DNA of 64,000 nucleotides from an uncultured bacterium (GCA_963977015.1 CAXBMO010000001.1:256001-320000), one strand, 5' to 3'; shown: positions 9,604-19,035, numbered from the stretch's first letter. Numbers and translations are program-made. The notes: a model not told the origin generated them from the letters alone.

Positions 9604-11673
9604 TCACGGGGCCGAACTCAGTCGAAACAACAGCCATTCGGCACGCCGTTTGACTTCGGCATCCTTCGTTTGCTCCGCCGCCTCGATCAGTTGTGGCTTC
9701 GCGAGATAACCCAGCTCACCCAGTTGATCCGTCGCGTTTTCCCGGGTTTTCCAATCGTCGTCTCCCAGATCGCTGATCCATTTCGCGATTTTCGTCAGGG
9801 TTTCCGCAGTGATATTCGGAGACGGAACGACCGATTCGACGATGTCCTGAATCGGAATTTTCCAGGTCGAGTTCATCAGGCGAACGTCGAGAACGCGCTC
9901 TCGAAGCGTCCCCGAAACCACGCCTCCGCCCCAGAGCTCGGCGATAAAGGGCGGTTCCTGATTCGTCGGGGCAAGGTCCGGATCGTCGCCAAGTTGATTG
10001 ACGAGGTAGCGAATGCTGGTTGGATTCACCGGGATTGATTCGCTCTCGGTCAGCATCGTCAGCTGGGGAGCCAGAATGTTGCCGACCAGGCGTTGGCGCC
10101 CCCGAAGGTTGAGATAAGGTTCGGAGATTCGAGGCGATTCCCAGGTTGGGAGTTTGCGCGGATCCGACGTTGCCGCGGCTCGGGAGACGATCGCGCGAAT
10201 CTCGCGGGGGGAGATCGATTGGGACCCAAACCGCGACGTCTCAAACACGAACTCGCCTGCGCCGAGGAACGCGAAAAACCGACTTCCATTCTCCAGTTCG
10301 ACCTGATGTCCCACGGGCTCGGATTCCTGGGAAGAGAGAGCGGTGAGATCGGAAAGCCGAACTTCGACCGTTCCCCACGACGTCACCAACTCGAGCGCGG
10401 AATCGGGAGAGGGAAGCAATGCGAGTCGATCACCCGAATGCGTTTCCAAATAGGCGATGGCGTCATCCGGAATGATCTTCGGACTGGTTCCGGTTTCGAA
10501 ACTCCTGCCCAGAACCAAGCGATCCAGGTGCGCCGGTTCCAAATCCATCACCGTTTGATCGGGAAGCTGAAACTGGAGATTCTCAACGCTCAAGCTGCCT
10601 CCCAGAACCTGGCCGTCCTGCAAATACACCGTTTCCTGATCGCGGCGCTGGCGATGACTTCCCACGATTGCGGCGACCTCGTTGAAGGAGAGTTCCACCG
10701 CGCCAAACTCCGATTCGAGTTCCAGCCTGGCGCAAGTCGCTTCACCAAGAAGCCGGGTTGAATCAGCCACCGCGAGAATGTCGTTCCGGCCGCGCTGCAC
10801 GCCCAGTTGCTCGATGCTGGTGGTGGCAAGAAGTTCCATTCCCCGGGCTTCCTCTTCCAAGGTGAAATTGGCAAGATTGGTTCGAATCGAATTCGGCAGG
10901 GAACCCAGATTGCGATGGAGCGCGCCCGGGCGAAAGGATTCCACGAGCGACTTTCGGTCGAACGAAATCGGAACCGGGATCTGCGAGACCGTGTGCAACA
11001 AATGCTGGGTTTCACCCGGCTTGACCTGGATCTGGAAGTGGGTGCTGAGCACGTAACGGCTTTGAGCGGTGATGGTTGGGCGAGCCTCGCTTTTGGTTGA
11101 TCGAAGCGTCAGGACGAGGGCTCTGCGCACGTTGTTTGCCGTGGGCGTCACCAGAATCCCGGTTTGGTCGCGATTGAGCGTTGCGACTCCGGGGGCACCC
11201 GTATTGGTCAGGTAGTTTTTGTAGTTGCTGCTCAGGTGGGTCCGAATCTCGACCTGAACCGCAATTTCATTCGCCGTCTGGTTCTGGAACGATTCCAGAT
11301 AGCGGACGACCGCGTTCTGCTGATCCAGTCGAATGCGTCGGACCACCGAAAGACCACCATAGCCTTCGCCGACTTTTCCGGGGAGAACGAATTCCAAGCC
11401 GTCTTTCGTCATCAAAGACTGCTCCGCTTGAAACTGCTGATTGTTGATCAACAGCGTCATCCCGGTATTCATCATCGAGTTGCCGATGCGCCCGAGCGTT
11501 CCGTTTTGCTGAAAGTTCCAACTGCTGCCCTGCCGATCCGTGCGGAGGCCGAGAGCTGCCGGAATCAACGTTTCCTGGGATGACGATTCGTTGCTCGGGA
11601 CGAAAGTCTGGGCGTGGCTCGCGACCGTTCCCAGCAACGCGATGAGCAGGATTTTGCGCCAGAGTCCGATCAT
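9604..11673 (-). CDS. Secreted hypothetical protein: N-terminal beta-rich domain, six ~45-aa modules, C-terminal HEAT-like helices
   Basis: Start at 11673 (MIGLWRKILLIALLGTVASHAQ, signal peptide) overlaps upstream stop (ATGA). C-terminus LGDDDWKTRENATDQL is HEAT-like. Paralog of 11670-13517. Confidence 0.8.
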   Translation of the reverse strand: MIGLWRKILLIALLGTVASHAQTFVPSNESSSQETLIPAALGLRTDRQGSSWNFQQNGTLGRIGNSMMNTGMTLLINNQQFQAEQSLMTKDGLEFVLPGKVGEGYGGLSVVRRIRLDQQNAVVRYLESFQNQTANEIAVQVEIRTHLSSNYKNYLTNTGAPGVATLNRDQTGILVTPTANNVRRALVLTLRSTKSEARPTITAQSRYVLSTHFQIQVKPGETQHLLHTVSQIPVPISFDRKSLVESFRPGALHRNLGSLPNSIRTNLANFTLEEEARGMELLATTSIEQLGVQRGRNDILAVADSTRLLGEATCARLELESEFGAVELSFNEVAAIVGSHRQRRDQETVYLQDGQVLGGSLSVENLQFQLPDQTVMDLEPAHLDRLVLGRSFETGTSPKIIPDDAIAYLETHSGDRLALLPSPDSALELVTSWGTVEVRLSDLTALSSQESEPVGHQVELENGSRFFAFLGAGEFVFETSRFGSQSISPREIRAIVSRAAATSDPRKLPTWESPRISEPYLNLRGRQRLVGNILAPQLTMLTESESIPVNPTSIRYLVNQLGDDPDLAPTNQEPPFIAELWGGGVVSGTLRERVLDVRLMNSTWKIPIQDIVESVVPSPNITAETLTKIAKWISDLGDDDWKTRENATDQLGELGYLAKPQLIEAAEQTKDAEVKRRAEWLLFRLSSAP

Positions 11674-13517
11674 TGCGCTGAAGAATTGGGGGTGAGGAAA
11701 CCCAGAAAATGGAGGGCCGGGATTTCCCATTGTTGGCCTCGCGCCTCGACCAGGATGTTGGTGTCGCGGAGACGTCCGGCCATCGGAATGCCGCTTTGCA
11801 GCTCAATCTCAAACGTGGGTTGCTGGTCCAGAATTCCTTCCTCGGTTCTTCGAATCCAGGCGATGTCGTTCGCCAAAACCTCGGTCACCGCCGCCTCTGA
11901 AATCACGTGGAGAGTTTGACTGCTGAGGTTCCCGGGTAGTCGATTCCGCCCTTCCAACCAGAGTGTCGGGGCCTCCACTCCAGCAATCCATTCCTGATCA
12001 AATTCCGGCGTCATTTCCGGTTTGGAAGGACCTCCCGTTCCTGCTCGCCAAACTGCGCGAAGCTGTCCTGCGTCGATTTGCAATTCTCCCAATCGGGGAG
12101 TTCCAATCGTGAGTGGGAGCTCACTGATCACGAAACCGGTTAGGCGTGAACCGTCGACCAACTCAAGTTGCTGGCGGGGGCTCGGCCATGCCATGGTTCG
12201 CAGCTGGCTCACTTTGCGGAGCGGAACCTGGATGCGTCCCCACGGAATCGCAAACTCGACACGAGATTCCATCCCGTCTTGAATCGCCAAAACCTCGCCG
12301 GTCTTCAGCTCGGCGAATCCCCAAACCTCGCTCGGAAGTTTCCCATCATCCTTGCTCACCTTGAGAAAGAGAGCGTCAAACGAGTCCGGCTCCAGCGTCA
12401 TTTCCCAGCCATCAGCCCCGCCCATCCGGGCTCCGATTGCCGTCGACGTTCCAATCAGGACTTCGCCGTCTCGGGTAAACACTTCGTGGTAGCGATTGAC
12501 CCCGCGGCCACCGCGCAATCCGGCAATCTGGGACCATTCCAGCTGAACCGCGCCAAATCGGGATTGGAAATCGAGAGGCTGGGTTGGTTGGACCGTGCCG
12601 CGAAGCTGGTTCTCGCGACTCATCCAGAGGAGATCCTCGCCACCACGTTCTGCGTCGAGTTCCTCCAACCACCGATTCAGGCCCACCAGCGCTTCCGCAT
12701 CGAAGGCCGCGGCCAACGGCTCGGGTGAGGAAGGCAGGGCAAAGTTCTGAACCTGGTCCGGAGCGATTTCGCGCGGCAGATTGGACTTGAGGGGGCCACG
12801 GCGATGATAAATCGGATCAAACAACGCCGGCGCGGTCGCGAGATTGGTCACGGTGCGCTGTTCGGCCCAATACAGAACGGCAATCGTGGCTCCCGCGGGA
12901 ATGGTGAGATTGTATTGGAAAACGATCTCGCGATTGCTGTTCCCGGCCCGAACATTCGGTCGCACCGATCCGTTAGAATCGCCAAACAGATAAAGCATGT
13001 CGCTCCGCCCATCGATCGAGTTGAACTTCAGCAGCATGCCGGCGTCGCGAGGGCCGGGGCGGGTGTCGATCAACTTTCCGGAGTTCGAGTAGAGGTCCTG
13101 CCACGCCTGGCTGAAATCGCTTCTCACCTCGATCGGTAGCCGCAATTCACGATCCGCGCTGCGGTTGGTGATGATCTCCAAATGCCGGACGGCGCTGCGT
13201 TTCGTGTCGATCCAGACGTCGCGCCGAATCTTGAGGCCGGGCGATTCCCGTTCAAACGCGAAACGCGTCTCGTTCAATTGATACGCCGCCGTCGCTTCAA
13301 ACTTGGCGCCATTCACCGAAAGCTCATTCGCGGACTGAAACACGTTCGTCCCCATCGTGTAGAACGAACCGGCGCCGGTGAGCTGCCAAAAGAACCCGAA
13401 ATCGTCCTTCACCGGTTCAAACCGATTCGGCACCGCGTCCAGCTTCTCCCACGCCTCCTCCTTCGCGCCGAGCGCTTGGAGTAAAATGAGGCTGACGACG
13501 AGGGCGACGCGAATCAT
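11670..13517 (-). CDS. Secreted hypothetical protein, paralog of downstream gene (no HEAT tail)
   Basis: Start MIRVALVVSLILLQALGA (signal peptide); IRRDVWID..AVRHLEIITN aligns with VVRRIRLD..VVRYLESFQN of the neighbour. Confidence 0.8.
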   Translation of the reverse strand: MIRVALVVSLILLQALGAKEEAWEKLDAVPNRFEPVKDDFGFFWQLTGAGSFYTMGTNVFQSANELSVNGAKFEATAAYQLNETRFAFERESPGLKIRRDVWIDTKRSAVRHLEIITNRSADRELRLPIEVRSDFSQAWQDLYSNSGKLIDTRPGPRDAGMLLKFNSIDGRSDMLYLFGDSNGSVRPNVRAGNSNREIVFQYNLTIPAGATIAVLYWAEQRTVTNLATAPALFDPIYHRRGPLKSNLPREIAPDQVQNFALPSSPEPLAAAFDAEALVGLNRWLEELDAERGGEDLLWMSRENQLRGTVQPTQPLDFQSRFGAVQLEWSQIAGLRGGRGVNRYHEVFTRDGEVLIGTSTAIGARMGGADGWEMTLEPDSFDALFLKVSKDDGKLPSEVWGFAELKTGEVLAIQDGMESRVEFAIPWGRIQVPLRKVSQLRTMAWPSPRQQLELVDGSRLTGFVISELPLTIGTPRLGELQIDAGQLRAVWRAGTGGPSKPEMTPEFDQEWIAGVEAPTLWLEGRNRLPGNLSSQTLHVISEAAVTEVLANDIAWIRRTEEGILDQQPTFEIELQSGIPMAGRLRDTNILVEARGQQWEIPALHFLGFLTPNSSAQ

Positions 13518-13601
13518 GGAACAGGACGATTGGCACAGAAACACGCGCCAACGTAGCGGAAATTGCACGAAATCGGGCTTAAACCTGATTCGCGAAACGG
13601 C

Positions 13602-14276
13602 TCATCTGCCATTCGCGGCGATCTCGCTCAGTTCGCGACTCCATATCCAGAATGCCTTCTTGGCGCGTCCCCAACGGCTCAGACCACCAACGATTTCGGT
13701 TTTCCCCGTCTGATCTTCGTCGATCATGGCGTAAAAACGCTCCTTGGTTTCCGAATCGATGATCTCAGCTTGAACCGCGACCGTGCCTGAACCTGGAAAA
13801 TCGCCGCGAACCGCCCACAAGGCTGATGTCGCCGCAAAGGAGGTCGGCGTGTAGCCCGCCGCAAAAAGAAGGGGCGAATTGGGCTCCATTTCGACGACGG
13901 CCGCCCGCACCGTGAGGCTTCCGGGGATTGGTTGATCGACGAGATGCAGTTTCTCGCCGAAGGACTGCGTTAGCGCGGTTTCGAAGGATTCGGCCAGCAT
14001 GTTGGCTTCTTCGCGATTGGGGGCCGCCCGGCGAATCCGGCGATTGTGGTGTTCGAGCACCATTCCGCGCACCGAAACATCCTCGATGTAGACGTCTTGG
14101 TAACTCCGCAGTTTCGCGAGGTTCCCTTCGTAAACCAAAGCGCCGTTGATGCCCGGTTTCTTCGAAAATCCGTGATAGGAGCCGAGGTAGTTGCCGCTGG
14201 GAGGCGATTCAATCGACTTGCAGCTGACCAATCCGGTCATGACGCCGATGAAAAGGAAGAGTTGCACAGGTTTCAC
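13602..14276 (-). CDS. DUF3313-like lipoprotein
   Basis: Lipobox LVSC; SGNYL, LTVRAAV, AEIIDSET..., W...AF..W pattern typical of the family. Confidence 0.7.
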   Translation of the reverse strand: MKPVQLFLFIGVMTGLVSCKSIESPPSGNYLGSYHGFSKKPGINGALVYEGNLAKLRSYQDVYIEDVSVRGMVLEHHNRRIRRAAPNREEANMLAESFETALTQSFGEKLHLVDQPIPGSLTVRAAVVEMEPNSPLLFAAGYTPTSFAATSALWAVRGDFPGSGTVAVQAEIIDSETKERFYAMIDEDQTGKTEIVGGLSRWGRAKKAFWIWSRELSEIAANGR

Positions 14277-14371
14277 GACGGGGAATGAACCAGACAGACT
14301 GGCGTCCGCCTAGTAAAAAATCGTTCCAAGGAGAGAATGGAGGGGCAGCGCGTCTCCGGAAAAGTCGGCTT

Positions 14372-14400
14372 TTGACAATCGCCGCCAACGGGAAGACACT
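14372..14400 (+). promoter_or_regulatory. Sigma70-like promoter for yccF (probably leaderless)
   Basis: TTGACA (14372-77), 17-nt spacer, GACACT (14395-400), GTG start 6 nt later. Confidence 0.55.
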
Positions 14401-14406
14401 CACAAC

Positions 14407-14823
14407 GTGCGAATTCTGGGTAACATTCTTTGGTTCATCCTCGGTGGCTTGCTGGCCGCGATCCTCTACATCGTCGGAGGATTACTGCTCTGCCTGACCA
14501 TCATTGGAATCCCGTTTGGGGTGCAGGCCTTCAAACTGGCCGGCCTTTCACTCGCTCCCTTCGGCAAACAGGTCGTTTATGGTGAAAAAGTCACCGGTTG
14601 CGTCGCCGTTTGCATGAACATCCTCTGGGTTTTGGTGGGCGGCTTCTGGATTGCCGTCGTTCATCTCGTTTTTGCCGGGATTTGCGCCATCACCATCGTG
14701 CTGCTTCCCTTCGCCCAGCAGCATATCAAGCTCATGGCTCTCGCCTTCGCGCCGTTCGGGGTGGAGTTGAAGAAATTTGACGAGTACCCCAATCCGTTCG
14801 CCAATCCTGCGCTTCCTCGCTGA
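14407..14823 (+). CDS. yccF: YccF-domain inner membrane protein
   Basis: Duplicated LGNILW..GG...TIIGIPFG..AFKLA....PFG repeat. Confidence 0.9.
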   Translation: MRILGNILWFILGGLLAAILYIVGGLLLCLTIIGIPFGVQAFKLAGLSLAPFGKQVVYGEKVTGCVAVCMNILWVLVGGFWIAVVHLVFAGICAITIVLLPFAQQHIKLMALAFAPFGVELKKFDEYPNPFANPALPR

Positions 14824-14886
14824 TTCGGCCGGTGGGGGCGTTAGGTTAGATTGACCGGGCAAAGAGCTTCGGCTATAGATCGTCCC

Positions 14887-15420
14887 GTGAGTCAATTACC
14901 CGTGGACCAACTCCGCGCCGCTGTGCGCGATGTACCTGATTTTCCCAAGCCTGGAGTCCTGTTCAAGGATATCACGCCTCTTCTGGAGGATCCCAAGTTG
15001 TTTGATATGTCCGTGAACGCGCTCATCGAGCCGATTTCACATCATAGAATCGACAAAATCGTCGGGATCGATGCCCGTGGGTTCATTTTTGGCGCTGCCG
15101 CAGCCCAAAAGCTGAGTGCCGGGCTCGTTCTCATCCGGAAAAAAGGAAAGCTGCCCTACACGACTCACGCCCTCTCCTACGCGCTCGAATACGGCGAAGG
15201 CGTGATCGAGATTCATACGGATTCAATCAAGGAAGGCGAAAATGTCCTCATTCTCGACGACCTCCTCGCCACCGGGGGCACAGCCGCAGCGGCCCAGCAA
15301 TTGGTCGAAAAAGTGGGGGGGAACCTCGTTGCGACGGGCTTTTTGATCGAACTCGACTTTCTGAAAGGTCGAGAAAGGCTCGCAGCAAATTCGCAAACCT
15401 ATGCCATACTCAATTACTGA
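14887..15420 (+). CDS. apt: Adenine phosphoribosyltransferase
   Basis: PDFPKPGVLFKDITPLL, GIDARGF, RKKGKLP, YALEYG, DDLLATGGT. GTG at 14887 chosen as start. Confidence 0.95.
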   Translation: MSQLPVDQLRAAVRDVPDFPKPGVLFKDITPLLEDPKLFDMSVNALIEPISHHRIDKIVGIDARGFIFGAAAAQKLSAGLVLIRKKGKLPYTTHALSYALEYGEGVIEIHTDSIKEGENVLILDDLLATGGTAAAAQQLVEKVGGNLVATGFLIELDFLKGRERLAANSQTYAILNY

Positions 15421-15479
15421 GTTCGGGGAACTGCCTGGACTGAGCAAGTCAGCCTGAACGCCTTCGCACTTTTCCCACC

Positions 15480-17402
15480 ATGTCGACTCATCTCAATCGC
15501 GTAGCTGTTTCCTCCGGGAATCGTACGCAATTGCGGATGCTCGACCAGTATTTGGAGACCAACGGGCTGGGGGGCTACTCCTGCGGGACGTTGAGCGGCA
15601 TTCGCCAGTGGCCTTCGCAGGGAATGGTCGTGGTCGCCAAAAAGCCACCCATCGATCGCTACGTCTTGATCAACGGTTTTGACGTGACCGTCGAATTTGG
15701 CGAGGAGAAGGTTCCGATCACCACCAATCGCTACAAGGGGGATCGCTTTGAGCCTGATGCCCGCAAGCGGTTGCTCCAGTTTGAGAGCAAACCGTGGCCC
15801 TGCTGGACCTACGATCTTGGCCACAACCGCGCCATTCAGTTTGAGATCATGGCGCGGCATGGAACCAACCAATTTGTCTTTTCCTGGCACCTCGAAGTTT
15901 CCAATGAGCCCGCCCTGCTTCGCGTGAAGCCGCTCCTTTCCGGGCGCCCCATGAACTCGACCCGGAACGAGTCCAAAAAAATGGAACTGCGCCCGGAGCG
16001 CCCCTCTCCCCGCCAGTTTGTCTGGAAACTGAGAGCCGGTGCTCCTGCCCTGTCCCTCCTGTCTGACGGCGACTTCTTCGAGCGTGGTCGCTGGGTTCGG
16101 GACCTCGTCTACGACAATCACAGTACTGAAGACCTAGCCTGCCCGGGGGAGTTCCGCTGGGAACTGGGTGTTAAACAGCGCGCCCAAATCATCGCCTGCA
16201 CGGCCGAGGAAATGGAGGAGAATCCGCGCACCGCCAATGAAGTCGCGCACCTGGCCAACAAGCTTCGCAACGCCGAGCGCACCCGTCGCAAGCTCTTCCG
16301 CTCGGAACTCGACCGCGCCGCCGACCAATACATTGTGGAAGGAGCCGACGGAAGAACGCTGCTTTCCGGTTTCCCGCGCGGCACCGAGATGGGCGCACGC
16401 GCCATGATCGCGATTCGCGGCATCTGCCTCAGCCCCGGCCGACTCGATGTCGCCAGCCGCGTGCTCGAAACCTGGAGAGGCCGTGTCGCCACCGGCATGT
16501 TGCCCAGCGAGATCTCCGAGCACCGCCTCAACCCCACCTACTCCTCGCCCGAACCTTCCCTTTGGTACATCGTCGCAGCTTACGAATACTTTCGCGCTTC
16601 CTACCGCCAAGGCCGCCTCTTGCGGGAGGAGGAACGGACAGAAATCGAAGAGAGCATCAACCAGATCCTCGGATCCTTTTCTGATCGGCGGCACAAGGAA
16701 GCCTTCATGGACGAGGACGGCCTGCTCGCCGAATCCAGGCTCACCTCCCGCCGCGAGCGCGAGGGCGAAGTCGTCAAACGCGTTCAGGTTCAGGCCCTCT
16801 GGATCACCGCGTTGTGGATTGGCGCCCGGCTCGACAAGCGATGGAATGAGGGGTTCGAAATGGCCCGCGATGAATTTGATCGCGCCTTCTGGTTTGAGGA
16901 AAAAGGCTACCTCTACAAATCGATCATCCGCTCGCCCAACAAATCCATTCAACGGGTCCAGAGCATCAGCATGGAGCAAATTCTCGCTGTTGGCGGACTC
17001 CCCTTCGTCTGTGTCGACGAAGGCAAAGCCAGCCTCATCGTCAACGCCCTCGAAGAGCGCTACGCCACGCCGGACGACGTCAAAATGGCCACCTCTTTCC
17101 CCTGGCTCTTCGGCCCCTTCGTCGAGGCCTGGTATCGCGTTCGTCACCGTGAACCCAATGCGCTCCAGGAGGCCAAAATGCGCTTCATCGACCCCTGGGA
17201 AGCCCACCTCAAATTCGGTGGCCTCAACCACCTGCCGGAGAATCAGCCCTTCGTTGCCCGCGGCACCGTCCCCACCAATATCAAGCAGGCCTCCTTCAGT
17301 GCGATCGAGACCTCCGAGCTCCTCCGCATCCTCCACATGCCCGATCTCCAGCGGAACAAGGCTCCATTCGAGGATCGCCGGAACCAGCCGCTCCACCGGT
17401 AG
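15480..17402 (+). CDS. Amylo-alpha-1,6-glucosidase (glycogen debranching) homolog with degenerate catalytic motifs
   Basis: N-terminal YLETNGLGGYSCGT, AADQYIV..TLLSGFP, GMLP, VQALW, PWLFGPF; the catalytic motifs are altered (see findings). Confidence 0.8.
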   Translation: MSTHLNRVAVSSGNRTQLRMLDQYLETNGLGGYSCGTLSGIRQWPSQGMVVVAKKPPIDRYVLINGFDVTVEFGEEKVPITTNRYKGDRFEPDARKRLLQFESKPWPCWTYDLGHNRAIQFEIMARHGTNQFVFSWHLEVSNEPALLRVKPLLSGRPMNSTRNESKKMELRPERPSPRQFVWKLRAGAPALSLLSDGDFFERGRWVRDLVYDNHSTEDLACPGEFRWELGVKQRAQIIACTAEEMEENPRTANEVAHLANKLRNAERTRRKLFRSELDRAADQYIVEGADGRTLLSGFPRGTEMGARAMIAIRGICLSPGRLDVASRVLETWRGRVATGMLPSEISEHRLNPTYSSPEPSLWYIVAAYEYFRASYRQGRLLREEERTEIEESINQILGSFSDRRHKEAFMDEDGLLAESRLTSRREREGEVVKRVQVQALWITALWIGARLDKRWNEGFEMARDEFDRAFWFEEKGYLYKSIIRSPNKSIQRVQSISMEQILAVGGLPFVCVDEGKASLIVNALEERYATPDDVKMATSFPWLFGPFVEAWYRVRHREPNALQEAKMRFIDPWEAHLKFGGLNHLPENQPFVARGTVPTNIKQASFSAIETSELLRILHMPDLQRNKAPFEDRRNQPLHR

Positions 17403-17661
17403 GGAACGCGGGAGGGCAAATCAATGCTTCGCAGGCACTTGCCGTTTCAGGCGTGGCTTCGTATCACCCTTTTTTTGCATCACTTGTGCCAGTTTCGGAA
17501 AGAACGCGCTGTATGCACCCAAATATTGAAGATATGGAATCATTGGCGTTGGTGGCGGGGTTTCGGATTAGAGGTATTTCAGATGTGTCAGAAGGTTTCA
17601 TATTCCATTTCTTTCAAAATCGAGTTGACGTTGATCAATCCCCTCAGACAGGGGGATAGGA

Positions 17662-18000
17662 ATGAGTGAGCAAATGCCGAATGCTGAGCTGGCGATTGTT
17701 GATGTCTCAAAGCTCCGGGACTATTGCCTAAATCCTGATCATCCGAGAGGGAAACATAAGGCACGGGTGTTTCAAAGCTCTCTCAATCTAAAGCAAGAAG
17801 ATGCAGAAGCGCTCAAGGCTGAAATTTTGGCGGGTGTTTGCAATGCGCCCTGTGTTGCGGCGGGTGTAGACGAATATGGTCGACGCTATGTTGTCGATTT
17901 TTCGTTGCATTGGCTGGGCCAGGTCGCAACGATTCGAACATCCTGGATCATCAAGGAAGGGGAAGACGCTCCCCGATTGACATCCTGCTACGTGAAGTGA
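17662..18000 (+). CDS. DUF6883-like protein
   Basis: KLRDYCLNPDHPRGKHKARVF and YG.RY, TSWII, PRLTSCY motifs. Confidence 0.8.
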   Translation: MSEQMPNAELAIVDVSKLRDYCLNPDHPRGKHKARVFQSSLNLKQEDAEALKAEILAGVCNAPCVAAGVDEYGRRYVVDFSLHWLGQVATIRTSWIIKEGEDAPRLTSCYVK

Positions 18001-18012
18001 AACTGAGAGACG

Positions 18013-18228
18013 ATGAGAGAGCCGATCTGTGGACTTGATGTGGTCGCGTTGCTGGAGCCGATCCCCGAAGTGGGACTGGTGGTTGGCCAGGTGGGAACCG
18101 TGGTCGAAACTCTCGAGGAAGGTGTCTTTGAAGTCGAATTTAGTGATGATGAGGGGCGCACTTATGCGATGCGGGCATTGCGGGCAGATCAACTAATGCC
18201 TCTGGTCTACGCTCCCATTGCCGCGTAG
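18013..18228 (+). CDS. DUF4926-like small protein
   Basis: LDVVALL..P..GL..GQVGTVVE...FEVEFSDDEGRTYA motif; directly follows the DUF6883-like gene. Confidence 0.85.
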   Translation: MREPICGLDVVALLEPIPEVGLVVGQVGTVVETLEEGVFEVEFSDDEGRTYAMRALRADQLMPLVYAPIAA

Positions 18229-18346
18229 CAGAGCGTTAATGAGTCGGGAACTCGGTCGGCGGGGCAAGATTCGTTCTCGCGCGCCTCTCGTTCGGCCTAA
18301 CGAAGTGGCTTGAGTTCGTTGACGAATTGCGTGATAGGGTAGGGCA

Positions 18347-18784
18347 ATGAGCGGAGACTTGTTGGAACCAGAGGTGGGCGATGCGCTTCCGGAAAGGGAG
18401 GTGGAGTGGATCGCGTCGCGCTTGCGCGAGTTCAACGAGACCGTGACCCCGGTCGACTATCGCCCTCTTTCGGTCGTTATCAGAAATGATGCCGGGCAAA
18501 TCATTGGCGGTTTAACGGGAAAGACGTTTTGGAACTACCTCTTTGTCATCATTCTCTGGGTGGATGAAAACCATCGCGGAAGCGGTATCGGGTCGCGTCT
18601 CTTGGAGGCCGCCGAACAGGAGGCGGTGACACGAGGTTGCGGGTATGTGCAGTTGGATACCTACAGCTTCCAGGCCCTGCCATTCTACCAGCGACTCGGC
18701 TATGAAGAGTTTGGGAGGATCGATGGATTCGCCGGCGGGCACGAGCGATCTTATTTGCGGAAAGTTTTACGACCCGGTAATTAG
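18347..18784 (+). CDS. GNAT family N-acetyltransferase
   Basis: LWVDENHRGSGIGSRLL (motif A), LDTYSFQALPFYQRLGY. Confidence 0.92.
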   Translation: MSGDLLEPEVGDALPEREVEWIASRLREFNETVTPVDYRPLSVVIRNDAGQIIGGLTGKTFWNYLFVIILWVDENHRGSGIGSRLLEAAEQEAVTRGCGYVQLDTYSFQALPFYQRLGYEEFGRIDGFAGGHERSYLRKVLRPGN

Positions 18785-18960
18785 TTACTGAACGGGTTGC
18801 TTACGCCGTCCACCCGAGGATTGGATACCAATCTCATGTGATTCCGATCTTCCTTGTGCAGCACATCGACGCCTCTTTCAGCAAAGAAGAGATTTTGAAA
18901 CTGTACGTGTCGATCTACGAAGAAAGGATTCGCGAAGAATTGCGGGTTCCCGGCTTTTGA
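18781..18960 (+). pseudogene. Start-less fragment resembling a transglycosylase (GT51) domain
   Basis: Open frame LVTERVAYAV...IDASFSKEEILKLYV...GF*; resembles TITQQLA...YSKxEILELYLN with similar spacing. Confidence 0.35.
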
Positions 18961-18983
18961 GGCGAAAGAGATCTAGATTGTGA

Positions 18984-19035
18984 ATCCGGCATTCTGCCGG
19001 ATCAGCACTGCATTCGGAATGAGTGGCATCCTGCC
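18984..19035. repeat. Two GGCATYCTGCC palindromes (REP-like; may act as bidirectional terminator)
   Basis: ATCCGGCA-TTC-TGCCGGAT (18984-19002, perfect 8-bp stem) and GGCATCCTGCC (19025-19035), between convergent genes. Confidence 0.5.

Noticed and set aside
18229-18346. Possible integron attC site (GTTAATG, GTTCGGC, GCCTAAC) between small islet genes
   Set aside because: Core sites are in the wrong order or lack a complementary partner; no integrase and no repeated sites seen.
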